A stretch of 64,000 nucleotides of DNA from Nanobdellota archaeon (GTDB lineage Archaea > Nanobdellota > Nanobdellia > Pacearchaeales > GW2011-AR1): positions 5,591 to 69,590 of the forward strand of contig JAGQJT010000003.1 of assembly GCA_020430505.1 (NCBI GenBank), in the 5' to 3' direction. The position numbers and the translations under genes were made by a program. The notes under the pieces are model-generated. The model was not told the DNA's origin and made no database searches. It was given only the letters and a program-made list of their open reading frames with translations. Numbering within the stretch: the stretch's first letter is position 1; each line of letters opens with the position of its first letter. Shown here piece by piece: positions 9,393 to 18,972 of the stretch.

Positions 9393-9815
9393 TTATCTTC
9401 TACCCTTCTCAATCTTCTTTTGCACAAGTCTATGCAAAGGTTGATCATTTACTTGAATGATTTTATATCTAATTCCTGGAATGTCTCCTTTAGACCTTCC
9501 TTGTTTTCCACCAATTCTTTCAATCATAACTTCATCGTGTTCATCAACAAACTTTTGAGCCAAGTTTCCTGGAATAAAAACAGAAACTTGTTTTCCATTT
9601 TTTGTTAATTGGACTTTTGCACATTTTCTCATCGCAGAGTTTGGCTGTTTAGCTTCTTTTTGAAATTTACTTAATACAATTCCCTTAGCTTGATTTGCAC
9701 CTTCCAAAGGGTCTGATTTAGCATAAAGATTTAGAGTTTTCACTTTAAAATGTCTGTCTTTCCAACGGAATTTCTTCCTATCTTTCAAATTCTTTTTAGC
9801 ACTTTTTAGTCCCAT
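9393..9815 (-). CDS. rps12: 30S ribosomal protein uS12
   Basis: Conserved [28 protein letters not shown] and ERIGG...GDIPGIRYK segments. Confidence 0.95.
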   Translation of the reverse strand: MGLKSAKKNLKDRKKFRWKDRHFKVKTLNLYAKSDPLEGANQAKGIVLSKFQKEAKQPNSAMRKCAKVQLTKNGKQVSVFIPGNLAQKFVDEHDEVMIERIGGKQGRSKGDIPGIRYKIIQVNDQPLHRLVQKKIEKGRR

Positions 9816-9862
9816 TTTATAGTTAAGCTTAAGAAAGTTTGTTTATAAAGTTTTCCGAGGGT

Positions 9863-10279
9863 CTAAGCAATTCTAAATTCCATATTAAAAAATTCGCCCA
9901 CTATGTCCTTCATTTCAATAAGTCTTCTCTTGTCTCTCCCAAGTAAAGCTGCTTTGCTTTGCTTCCCTGCAGTCAAAATAATTTCATCTTCTTTAACTTC
10001 TAAATCTTTGAATTCAAGGGGATTAACTATTGATTGGATAAAAATTTTTATGTCCTCAATACCTCTTGGTTGTGCAATGACACGAATTCTTTTTTTGATT
10101 ATTTCACTCATTCTTCTCAAGTTTGAATTATCTTTTCCAAGCGCTTTTGCAATCAATGGCTTTGGAACAACAAATACAAGCATATTGTTATAATTAAAGA
10201 AAAATCTAGTTCTTATTCCAGTAATCTTTTCAAAAAGATTCAAATACCTCATACCCTGCATATCAATTGTTTTCACCAT
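9863..10279 (-). CDS. nusA: archaeal NusA-like KH-domain transcription termination/antitermination protein
   Basis: ~140-aa two-KH-domain protein (RYLNLFEKITG..., ALGKDNSNLRRM, LLGRDKRRLIEMK) in the canonical position between rpoA and rps12. Confidence 0.85.
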   Translation of the reverse strand: MVKTIDMQGMRYLNLFEKITGIRTRFFFNYNNMLVFVVPKPLIAKALGKDNSNLRRMSEIIKKRIRVIAQPRGIEDIKIFIQSIVNPLEFKDLEVKEDEIILTAGKQSKAALLGRDKRRLIEMKDIVGEFFNMEFRIA

Positions 10280-10327
10280 GTATATTTTTGTTTGTCAAAA
10301 TTTGTTTTTAAAATTTTGTATTTAGAA

Positions 10328-13300
10328 TTACTGGTTTGCACTTTCAATAACTTCCTTCTTAGCAGTCTTTTTTTGTTTGTCCTCTTTTATCAATGGCCCA
10401 ATTACATTAACCATTAATCCGGGAAGTCCAGTACCAACAGGAACTGGTTGGTTCAAGATTATATTCTCAATAACGCTTGATAATTCATCTTTTTGTCCTT
10501 TTATTATTGCATTAGTAAATTGTTTAGTTGGAGTCTCGAAAGTTGCTCTTGCAAGGATTGATGCTTTTTGTGCAATGATTCCCATTCTTGTAACTCCCTT
10601 AACTTCTCCAGTAGTAGTCATAGCATCAGCAACTAATTTAAGGTGTCTCTCATTAATATCAAGTCCTTGGGAAGTTAAAACTCCTTGAATTTCATTTATG
10701 ATCAATTGCCTTGCTGCTTCAATACCAAATACTCCTGCAACTTCGTGAATATCATTTGAAACCAACTTATCCGGATTGACTTCCTTCAATTGAATAATAT
10801 CTTTTAGGTTAGTCCCAAGTGTTATTATGACGAAATCTTTTCCTCTTTTAACAATTAATATTTGTTCAACTCCTTTGACCCCGGAGATTATTGTCTTTTT
10901 CAATTTTTCTTTCATTTGATAAATTTCTTTGAAACTTAAATCATTAACATTTAAAGAAATTGAATCAGTTCCTTCTTTAACATTAAATCCTAAATTATTT
11001 AATTTTTCAACAACAGTTTTAACAGTCGTATGAGTTCTTCTTAACCCTTCTTTATCTATTGCAATCTTAATTTTTTTCTCTGAAAAATCAAGATTTATCT
11101 TTGCTGAAATTTCTTTTAAAGTAACTTCTTTTATTTTTTCTGCAAAAACTCTTGCGTCTTTTTCATTGTTGAACTCATTCTTTAAATAAATCTCCATTTT
11201 TGGAGATGAAGGCTTCTTCCTAGCGTCAAAGATCTCTATAATTCTTGGTAAACCGGAAGTAACCTGCATTTCAGCAACACCTGCCATATGGAATGTATTC
11301 AAAACCATTTGTGTTGAAGCTTCACCGAAACTTTGAGCACTAACCAATCCAACAGCTTCACCAGGCGAAACATCTTCGTTCAAGTGTAACTTAGAAACCT
11401 CTTTACCATCGTCACCAAATTTAAATTGGATTATTCTATTTCCTGAATCTCTTACCGTTCCATCATATTCAACTCGTATGTCTTGCAATGCGCTTGCCAA
11501 TCTTCTATACAAGTAACCTGATTTAGGAGTTCTCAATGCAGTATCCATAAGTGAATCTCTTCCTGTAATTGCCTGGAAGAAAAATTCATCAGGTTTCAAA
11601 CCTTTTATGAATGGACTTTTAATGAATCCTCTAGCTCTCGGAGATAGATCTCCCTTTTTGAAAAAAGGCAATGTCCTTTCAGTGTAACCAATACTAATTC
11701 TTCCCCCTGCGAAAGCCTGCTGGCCAACACAAGCTGCCATCTGAGTAATATTAAGCATATTTCCTCCACCCCCCGATTTAATCATGTAACTAACAGGATT
11801 TTCCTCGGGGAAATCTTTCTTTACAATTGAACCAATCTTTGTTCTAACTTCATTTAATGTTCTCAAAAGAGCAATTTCTCTTGATTCTTCGGCACTCTTA
11901 CCTGGAATCAATTCAATTGTTCCGTCTTCGTAAGATTTGATTATTTCTTTGGATTTGTTTTCTGCTTCTTTAACAATTTTATCACTAGCATCAATCAATT
12001 TTTCATCCAAATCAAAATCTTCTACTGAAGCAGTTATTCCTTTAGTTGAAAGGTGATTTTTTCCCAAATTGAAAGCGTTTCTTATTATATCAAATGTTTT
12101 TTGTCTTCCTACTGTTTTATCTAACTCTTTTATTAATTCACCATCTTCATCTCCAAAAGCAGTTTTATCGAAAACCCCGCTTGTGAGTTCCCCTTCCTTT
12201 ATTTTAAAAGAATCATTTGAAAAGTTAACCTTTGGCAAAATTTTTGAAATTATCTCTTTACCAGGAACAGTTTTTTTAGTAATTATCTCATCAATTCCTG
12301 AATTGTAAAGCAATTGATTTGCATCCTCCCTACTAAAATCCTCGACGCTAACTAAATAATTTCCAGTTATTGCATCAACAATACATCCTATCAAATTAGA
12401 ATTATTCTTTGGGGACATTAAATTTTGTTTAACATCTAAAAGCATCTTTGCTTCAGCTCTTGCTTCTTCAGTTTGAGGAGAGTGAATATTCATTTCATCC
12501 CCATCAAAATCAGCGTTATAAGGAGAACATGCTGCGGGATGCATTCTAAAAGTTCTTCCTGGAAGAATTCTTGCAAAGTGTGCCATTAAGTTCGCTCTGT
12601 GAAGACTTGGATGTCTATTGAACAAAACGACATCTCCATCTTGTAAATGTCTTTCAACCCTATACCCCGGTTCAAGTTCTGAGATAATTTCTTCTTTTAA
12701 ATCGGAAGTTATTTTCTTTCTTTTTCCATCTGGTCTTATAATATAATTTGCACCAGGGTATTGTTCAGCATTTTCTACTAATTTTTTGAGTTTCTTTATG
12801 TTCAAGTCATTTACAATTTCTGCAACTGTAACAACTCTTGCAATTTCATAAGGAATTCCAACTTCATTAATTCTTAAATTTGGATCAGGGCTAATAACAG
12901 TCCTTCCAGAATAATTAACTCTTTTACCGGCGATGTTCTTTCTAATTCTTCCTTCTTTTCCTTTAATTCTTTCTTCAATTGTTTTCAAAGGTTGACCACT
13001 TCTATGTCTTGCGGGTGGAACTCTTGCCACAGTATTATCAAAGAAAGTTGTAATATGGTATTGTAATAAATCCCAAAGATCTTCAATAATCACTTCTGGT
13101 GCACCGGCATTAAGATTTTCCCAAAGTCTTTGGTTTGCTCTAATTATATCTGAAAGTTTGTGTGTTAAATCATCTTCTGATCTTTCTCCAGTTTCCAAAA
13201 TAATACTTGGTCTTACAGTTACTGGAGGAACCAAAAGAGAAGTCAAAACAGCCCACTCTGGTCTACATGTGTTTGTGTTTATGCCTATTTTTCTTAGTTC

Positions 13301-13819
13301 TTCATCATTTATTTTACCAAGCATTTCACGAATTTCAGTTGGGAAAATTCTAACTTTTCCTTTGTAAAAACTTGTTGGTTTATCCAACTTAACTTTTTCT
13401 TGTGGAGCTTGACAGTGAGGACATTTCTTTGAATCTTTTGCTTTTTTAACTCTTTGAGAAGGAGGATATTTTTCCAAATCCTTATCAGCAAGCATAAGTT
13501 TTCCGCATTCATGACAGAAAGATCTTAAACATAATTCTATAATTGGAATGTATTTCAAGTGCATTACTGGTTTTGCCAAATCAATACTTCCAGGGTGTCC
13601 TAAACATTCTTTAATTCTTCCACCACAAGTTCTACATCTAACACCTGGATCAACTGCACCAAGCCTTAAATCCATTAAACCTCCATCAACCGGATAACCA
13701 TCAATATCATAAAGTTCAGGAGTTACTATTTTAGCGACGGAAATCTTCTTGATTTGCTCAGGGCTAAGTAGAGAAAATCTTATTACTCCAATTTTTTTCT
13801 TTATGTATTTTTCTTTCAT
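10328..13819 (-). CDS. rpoA: DNA-directed RNA polymerase subunit A, A' and A'' parts fused in one 1163-aa ORF
   Basis: N-terminal Zn motifs (CRTCGG...CLGHPG), active site YNADFDGDEMN and the bridge helix (GRDSLMDTALRTPKSGYLYRRL). The same frame continues into the trigger-loop region normally at the start of A'' (GEAVGLVSAQSFGEASTQMVLNTFHMAGV) and the A'' C-terminus (ATFETPTKQF...NQPVPVGTG). Confidence 0.95.
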   Translation of the reverse strand: MKEKYIKKKIGVIRFSLLSPEQIKKISVAKIVTPELYDIDGYPVDGGLMDLRLGAVDPGVRCRTCGGRIKECLGHPGSIDLAKPVMHLKYIPIIELCLRSFCHECGKLMLADKDLEKYPPSQRVKKAKDSKKCPHCQAPQEKVKLDKPTSFYKGKVRIFPTEIREMLGKINDEELRKIGINTNTCRPEWAVLTSLLVPPVTVRPSIILETGERSEDDLTHKLSDIIRANQRLWENLNAGAPEVIIEDLWDLLQYHITTFFDNTVARVPPARHRSGQPLKTIEERIKGKEGRIRKNIAGKRVNYSGRTVISPDPNLRINEVGIPYEIARVVTVAEIVNDLNIKKLKKLVENAEQYPGANYIIRPDGKRKKITSDLKEEIISELEPGYRVERHLQDGDVVLFNRHPSLHRANLMAHFARILPGRTFRMHPAACSPYNADFDGDEMNIHSPQTEEARAEAKMLLDVKQNLMSPKNNSNLIGCIVDAITGNYLVSVEDFSREDANQLLYNSGIDEIITKKTVPGKEIISKILPKVNFSNDSFKIKEGELTSGVFDKTAFGDEDGELIKELDKTVGRQKTFDIIRNAFNLGKNHLSTKGITASVEDFDLDEKLIDASDKIVKEAENKSKEIIKSYEDGTIELIPGKSAEESREIALLRTLNEVRTKIGSIVKKDFPEENPVSYMIKSGGGGNMLNITQMAACVGQQAFAGGRISIGYTERTLPFFKKGDLSPRARGFIKSPFIKGLKPDEFFFQAITGRDSLMDTALRTPKSGYLYRRLASALQDIRVEYDGTVRDSGNRIIQFKFGDDGKEVSKLHLNEDVSPGEAVGLVSAQSFGEASTQMVLNTFHMAGVAEMQVTSGLPRIIEIFDARKKPSSPKMEIYLKNEFNNEKDARVFAEKIKEVTLKEISAKINLDFSEKKIKIAIDKEGLRRTHTTVKTVVEKLNNLGFNVKEGTDSISLNVNDLSFKEIYQMKEKLKKTIISGVKGVEQILIVKRGKDFVIITLGTNLKDIIQLKEVNPDKLVSNDIHEVAGVFGIEAARQLIINEIQGVLTSQGLDINERHLKLVADAMTTTGEVKGVTRMGIIAQKASILARATFETPTKQFTNAIIKGQKDELSSVIENIILNQPVPVGTGLPGLMVNVIGPLIKEDKQKKTAKKEVIESANQ

Positions 13820-13820
13820 T

Positions 13821-14054
13821 TTAATTTGTTAAGTTTGATATGCCTCTTCCATCAATAGTATATAATGCTCCTTTTGGTGTGGAAATTCCAAAATATTTTC
13901 CAATTCTATATTCTACAGTGAATTCTCCATCTATATCTTCTGGAGCAACTCCTCTTGTTTCTCCAAGACAAGTATACAGCAAGCCCAAAATTTTTTTAAA
14001 ACTTTCTTCAATTTTAACTTTTTTTCCCATCTTTATTTTTGATATGTCTTTCAT
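13821..14054 (-). CDS. hypothetical 77-aa protein between rpoB and rpoA
   Basis: The ORF fills the rpoB-rpoA junction exactly, with a 1-nt gap on each side. No recognisable family. Confidence 0.5.
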   Translation of the reverse strand: MKDISKIKMGKKVKIEESFKKILGLLYTCLGETRGVAPEDIDGEFTVEYRIGKYFGISTPKGALYTIDGRGISNLTN

Positions 14055-14055
14055 T

Positions 14056-17000
14056 TTATTCGTATTTGTTTTTTAATTCAAAGGTTATATTTGTATGCAT
14101 TCCTTGAAGTTCTTCAACTAAAAGTTTGAAAGCATATGAAACTTCAACTAATTCAACGTCTTCTGAACTACAAAGAGGACAAACATTCTTATTTCTTATA
14201 GTATCTTCAATAGCAATTGAACCACACTTTGAACATATTGGTAATTTAACTTTATCTGAATCGTATCTTTCTTTCAACAACAATGAAGCACCATGTGCAA
14301 CAAGTGCTTGCTGTTCCATTTCCCCTAATCTTAAAGCTCCTCCTCTTGAACGACCTTCAATAGGCTGTCTTGTTAAAAGTGCAACCTTACCAGAAGCTCT
14401 TCCGTGCATTTTGTTTCCAACCATATATTTAAGTTTCAAATAATAAAGGTTTCCAACAAAAATCTTAGTTTGTATTTTCTTTCCTGTAATTCCATGATAC
14501 ATTGTTTCTTTTCCATCATATCTAAATCCAAGATTTTGTAATTGGTCTTCAAGTTCTGCTTTACTTTCACCACTGAATGAAGTTCCGTCGACAATTTCTC
14601 CCTTCAAACAACCAACCTTACTTGCTAAAACTTCAAGCAAATAACCCACTGTCATACGACTAGGCAAACCGTGAGGATTGAAAAGAACATTTGGTCTTAT
14701 TCCAGAAACTGTAAATGGAATATCCTCTTCAGGAACTATTGCCCCAACAACACCTTTCTGACCGTGAGAAGTAGCGAACTTATCCCCCAATTCAGGAATT
14801 CTTTGATCTCTAGTTTTAACTTGAACTATTTTATTCCCTTCATCATCGCTTGTCACAAAAACCGATTCGACAATTCCTTTTTCTTCTTGTCTTAAGGTTA
14901 CACTTGAATCCTTCTTAGTCCTAACAGAAATTTCTCTTGCTTCTGAAAGGAATTTTGGAGGAGAAGTCTTTCCAATTAACACTTGACCTTCCTCAACATC
15001 TGCTTCTGGATAAATTACTCCATCATTTTCCAAAAGGCCATAAGATTCTTCAGTTTTATATCCGGAAGTATCTTTTTCAGGAATTACAATTTCATCTCTT
15101 AATCCTCCAGCATAATTCATTTCAATTGCAGAGTAAGGTCTAAAGTAGAAGCTTCTTCCTACACCTCTGTCTAGACCTCCTTTGTTCAAAACTAAAGCGT
15201 CTTCCATATTATAACCCTCATAAGTCATAACCGCTACGATTAAGTTTTGTCCTGCAGGATATGTTTTAAGAGTATCATAAACAAAACTTCTAACAATTGG
15301 TTTTTGAGGATATTGTAAAATTGAAACATCTGTATCTAATCTACATAAATAGTTTGCAGCATATAATCCAAGAGCTTGTTTTTGTGTCTTTGAACCTCTG
15401 TTTAATCTTGAACTCTGATCATGGTTCCCATATGGAACTAAACTTGTAACAACTCCCATCAAAGCGATTGTATCTATTTCAAGATGTGTGTGTTCAGAAG
15501 TAATATCTTCATCAAATAATGCAACGAGTGCTTCTTCTTCTTCCGCAGCGTCAATGTATTCTATTACTCCTTTTTCAACAAGGTCTCTCCATCTAATTTC
15601 TCCTTGTTCTAATTGAATAAGATATTCATCTTTCATTCTTGAAACTCCTTCGTCAACAATTATTAATGGTCTTAATGTTCTTCCAGCTTCACTAGAAATA
15701 GAAATTGCTTGTAATCCTTCATCTTTTCTTACACTAAGTTGTTCTGGCAGTTCTCTTTCTCTTCTTTTATTTCTTATTTCTTTAACAAATTCTTTGCTAT
15801 CAACAACATTTCCTATGTATAGTCCATTAAAGAAAACTTCAAAACCTTCTGTTCCTTCTTTATCTAGGCCTAGTGATTCTAAATCTTTGAAAAATTTATT
15901 CTCCTCTAAATCTACTCTTGTAGAGATTCTACTTAGTATTGCAAGATTTTTTCTCAAACCAATTTCAGTTCCTTCAGGAGTTTCTATAGGACAGAATCTT
16001 CCATAATGAGTTGGGTGCAAAGTTCTAGCCTTGAAATTTTCTTGACCTGATTCCAGCATGCTTGAAACTCTCTGCAATTGAGAAATTGTTGCAAGGTAAT
16101 TTGTTTTATCCATGTTTTGCGTAACTCCAGATCTTTCTCCAGTCCAAGAACCTGTTGCAATTGCTGATTCAACTCTATGAGAAAATAAAGTTGATTTAGC
16201 CAAAACTTTTATAGAAAAATATTTTTTCCTTTTAGAAGATTTTTGTAAAGAATATTGAATATCTCTTATCAAAATTCCCAAATTAACTCTGAATAAAGTC
16301 GCTAATAAGTCTCCAGAAAGCCTAACTCTTTTGTTTGCATAATGGTCTTTATCGGTTCTTAATTGAGGATTTTCTTTTGCAATCAAAAATTGTTTCAAAA
16401 ATTTACAAAGCGTAACGGCTTTCTTTGCTCTATCTTCCTTTTTTTGTCCAATGTGGGGGAATAAATAAGAATCAATTCTTTGTTTAACTCTATCTAAAAT
16501 TTCTTTTTTTGTGCCTTGAAGATTTGTTTTCTCAGCAATGTACATCATTGCATCTTCTCTTGTTGCAAGATTTACAAATTCGTATAAATTTACAATAACA
16601 CTATCTGTTTCTTTACCCAAGTATTTTGCAATTTCTGATTCTTTTATCAAACCAAGTGCTTTTAGAATAACAATTGCAGGAACTTCTTTGAAACGACTAA
16701 ATGTAGTATTTAAAATCCCTTTTTTATCTTCGGTAATTGTAAAAGGTATCCTATACGTTCCCTTAGAAGAGAAAAGCTTCAAAGTCATATCCCCCTTTTT
16801 ATTGTTCTCAATGAAAGGTTGATTCTCTGCAAGATCTTCTGCCATAACCATAACTCTTTCATTTCCTTTTATAATAAAATATCCTCCCGGATCCATTGGA
16901 TCAGAATAGTTGTTTATCAAATCTTCTTTGCTTGAATCAGCAGTATTACAAACTTTACTTTTAACCATTACAGGAATCTTTCCAATTTCTACAAGTTCTG

Positions 17001-17313
17001 AATCAACATGTCCATCTTTTTTAACAGTTAACTCCAAATAAATCGGTGCAGAATATGTCAAGTTTCTTATTCTCGCTTCGAAAGGGTAAATCTTAGAAGA
17101 ACTCCCATCAGCTTCAATTATTGTTGGTTTTCCGACGCTGATTTTCCCAAGTTTTATTTCGAAATCTTCATTTTCAATGGTATCTTGAATTTCATCAACA
17201 ATCTCTTGCATTCTGTGTTCAACAAAATTATTGTAAGAGATTACATTTGATTCAACTAGGGAATGGTCTTCCAAATATTTTTTTACAATTAAATGTTTTT
17301 CCATATTATACAA
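14056..17313 (-). CDS. rpoB: DNA-directed RNA polymerase subunit B (unsplit)
   Basis: 1085 aa with Rpb2-type motifs (GDKFATSHGQKGV, PSRMTVG, GGALRLGEMEQQALVAHGA) and a C-terminal Zn ribbon (CSKCGS...CPLCSS). Confidence 0.97.
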   Translation of the reverse strand: MYNMEKHLIVKKYLEDHSLVESNVISYNNFVEHRMQEIVDEIQDTIENEDFEIKLGKISVGKPTIIEADGSSSKIYPFEARIRNLTYSAPIYLELTVKKDGHVDSELVEIGKIPVMVKSKVCNTADSSKEDLINNYSDPMDPGGYFIIKGNERVMVMAEDLAENQPFIENNKKGDMTLKLFSSKGTYRIPFTITEDKKGILNTTFSRFKEVPAIVILKALGLIKESEIAKYLGKETDSVIVNLYEFVNLATREDAMMYIAEKTNLQGTKKEILDRVKQRIDSYLFPHIGQKKEDRAKKAVTLCKFLKQFLIAKENPQLRTDKDHYANKRVRLSGDLLATLFRVNLGILIRDIQYSLQKSSKRKKYFSIKVLAKSTLFSHRVESAIATGSWTGERSGVTQNMDKTNYLATISQLQRVSSMLESGQENFKARTLHPTHYGRFCPIETPEGTEIGLRKNLAILSRISTRVDLEENKFFKDLESLGLDKEGTEGFEVFFNGLYIGNVVDSKEFVKEIRNKRRERELPEQLSVRKDEGLQAISISSEAGRTLRPLIIVDEGVSRMKDEYLIQLEQGEIRWRDLVEKGVIEYIDAAEEEEALVALFDEDITSEHTHLEIDTIALMGVVTSLVPYGNHDQSSRLNRGSKTQKQALGLYAANYLCRLDTDVSILQYPQKPIVRSFVYDTLKTYPAGQNLIVAVMTYEGYNMEDALVLNKGGLDRGVGRSFYFRPYSAIEMNYAGGLRDEIVIPEKDTSGYKTEESYGLLENDGVIYPEADVEEGQVLIGKTSPPKFLSEAREISVRTKKDSSVTLRQEEKGIVESVFVTSDDEGNKIVQVKTRDQRIPELGDKFATSHGQKGVVGAIVPEEDIPFTVSGIRPNVLFNPHGLPSRMTVGYLLEVLASKVGCLKGEIVDGTSFSGESKAELEDQLQNLGFRYDGKETMYHGITGKKIQTKIFVGNLYYLKLKYMVGNKMHGRASGKVALLTRQPIEGRSRGGALRLGEMEQQALVAHGASLLLKERYDSDKVKLPICSKCGSIAIEDTIRNKNVCPLCSSEDVELVEVSYAFKLLVEELQGMHTNITFELKNKYE

Positions 17314-17512
17314 TCACCCGGAAATAAGTTACGACTTTGTCTTCTTCTTTCCTTTCAATTTTAATAACGTCTCCGATTTCACAACCTTCCGGAATTGCAG
17401 TATCACTTGAGAAAATTTTTGGTAATTGCGATTTAGAAATATTTAGTTCATCCAAAATTTTTTGGATCTCTTCTTCCTTTAGTTTTGTGTGCTTCGGTTG
17501 TAGAATGTGCAT
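17306..17512 (-). CDS. rpoH: DNA-directed RNA polymerase subunit H (Rpb5 C-terminal homolog)
   Basis: 68 aa (HILQPKHTKLKEEE...LPKI...D...G...GDVIKIER). It overlaps the rpoB start by 8 nt in the canonical operon position. Confidence 0.85.
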   Translation of the reverse strand: MHILQPKHTKLKEEEIQKILDELNISKSQLPKIFSSDTAIPEGCEIGDVIKIERKEEDKVVTYFRVIV

Positions 17513-17651
17513 CTGATTGTCGACGGGGGGTTTATTTTAATCACGTAATTGTCTCTGTGGAATAATAAATGTTTACGCGAATAATAAAACAAACCGAATT
17601 TTGGTTTAAAAATGTTTCGATAAGCTTCCAAAAAGCCTAAATTTAACAAAA

Positions 17652-17725
17652 TGGCCCTGGAGGGATTTGAACCCCCGACACCTTGGTTAAAAGCCAAGTG
17701 CTCTGCCAGACTGAGCTACAGGACC
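17652..17725 (-). tRNA. tRNA-Lys (anticodon UUU)
   Basis: The reverse complement GGTCCTGTAGCTCAGTCTGGCAGAGCACTTGGCTTTTAACCAAGGTGTCGGGGGTTCAAATCCCTCCAGGGCCA folds as a cloverleaf by hand. Anticodon loop is CTTTTAA and T-loop is TTCAAAT. Confidence 0.9.
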
Positions 17726-17800
17726 AATAAAGAGATTAGAAATATTTAGTTTAAAAAATATTCTATTTCATTGCGATAATATTTAATAACATTTTATAAT

Positions 17801-18064
17801 TCAAGCACTATACTTAGTTCCATAATATAGAAGATTTTCTAAAAAATCATAGTCTGCATTGTTTAAAACTTTTTTTCTTAAGGATTCTTCATATTGTTTA
17901 TCAATAAGAATGGACATTCCAATGTATTGATCTGAGGAAATTTTTTTAGAAAAAGATAAATTGTCTACTTCCAAAGATAAAAATTCCCAATTATCCAAAG
18001 GAATTCGATCTTCAATCTCTATTAAGTCCGAACTCCAATTAGATAAATTTTTTATGAGCTTCAT
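17801..18064 (-). CDS. hypothetical protein
   Basis: 87-aa ORF whose start overlaps the trx stop by 1 nt. Confidence 0.4.
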   Translation of the reverse strand: MKLIKNLSNWSSDLIEIEDRIPLDNWEFLSLEVDNLSFSKKISSDQYIGMSILIDKQYEESLRKKVLNNADYDFLENLLYYGTKYSA

Positions 18065-18390
18065 TATAAATGGTCTCTTAAGACATTTCCTAAGTCTTCT
18101 TGATTCATGGCCCCAATAATTTGTTCAACAACTTGGCCATCTTTGAATAGAACGAAATTTGGAATTGAACTCACTCCAAATTTAGAAGCTAAATCTTGAT
18201 TATCTTCTATATTCACTTTCCCAATCTTTACTTTTTCCTTAAATTCTTCTGAAAGATCTTCTAGAATCGGCCCCATCATAACGCAAGGCATGCACCATTC
18301 GGCGAAAAAATCAATCAAGACGGTTCCCTCTTTTGTGAATTTTTCAAATTCTCCATTTGTGAGTTCAGGAATTATATCATTAGCCGTCAT
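18064..18390 (-). CDS. trxA: thioredoxin
   Basis: Thioredoxin fold length (108 aa) with a WCMPC redox motif and the PNFVLFKDG segment. Confidence 0.85.
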   Translation of the reverse strand: MTANDIIPELTNGEFEKFTKEGTVLIDFFAEWCMPCVMMGPILEDLSEEFKEKVKIGKVNIEDNQDLASKFGVSSIPNFVLFKDGQVVEQIIGAMNQEDLGNVLRDHL

Positions 18391-18414
18391 TGCAGTGTAA
18401 GAAAAATCTAATTT

Positions 18415-18894
18415 TTAAATATTTCTTTCAAATGTTTGAAAAGAGTATTTCAATCCTTTTTTGGTAATTCTATCAATTTCTTTTGTTAGCTTCCAATTTT
18501 TCCAGTTTACGTCTGGAAAATAAGCATCCCCTTCAAAGTCCTTGTGGACTCTTGTCAGTTCCATTTTTCTCACTAAAGGTAAAAATAACTCATAGATTTG
18601 GCTTCCGCCTATTATATATGTATCAACATTACCTGCAATATCTAGAGCTTCTTGCATATCCCTAGCGATATACAGACCCTCTTTAGTTTCCATGGATTTG
18701 GACATCACAATGTTATCTCTTTTTGGGAGAGGTCTTCCAATTGAATAATAAGTATTTTTTCCCATTATTATTGGATGGTTTATTGTTAGCTCTTTAAAAT
18801 GTTGTAAATCCTCAGAAATCTCCCAAGGAAGACCATTGTTTCTTCCAATAACATTGTTTTCAGAAACTGCTGCAATTATTATTAAGTCTCTCAT
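18415..18894 (-). CDS. folA: dihydrofolate reductase (FolA type)
   Basis: IIAAVSENNVIGRNNGLPW, IIMGKNTY and IIGGSQIY motifs. 159 aa. Confidence 0.9.
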   Translation of the reverse strand: MRDLIIIAAVSENNVIGRNNGLPWEISEDLQHFKELTINHPIIMGKNTYYSIGRPLPKRDNIVMSKSMETKEGLYIARDMQEALDIAGNVDTYIIGGSQIYELFLPLVRKMELTRVHKDFEGDAYFPDVNWKNWKLTKEIDRITKKGLKYSFQTFERNI

Positions 18895-18972
18895 TTCATC
18901 TGAAAATAAACTTTCTTTTTAAGTTTTGTTACAAAATATGTTCTAAATTATACAATTCTTTATAAACAGATT

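Noticed and set aside
17479-17697. 72-aa minus-strand ORF overlapping tRNA-Lys and the rpoH start. Likewise 45116..45316 (+) overlaps tRNA-Gly.
   Set aside because: These ORFs read through tRNA genes and promoter spacers. They have no coding-like composition or motifs.
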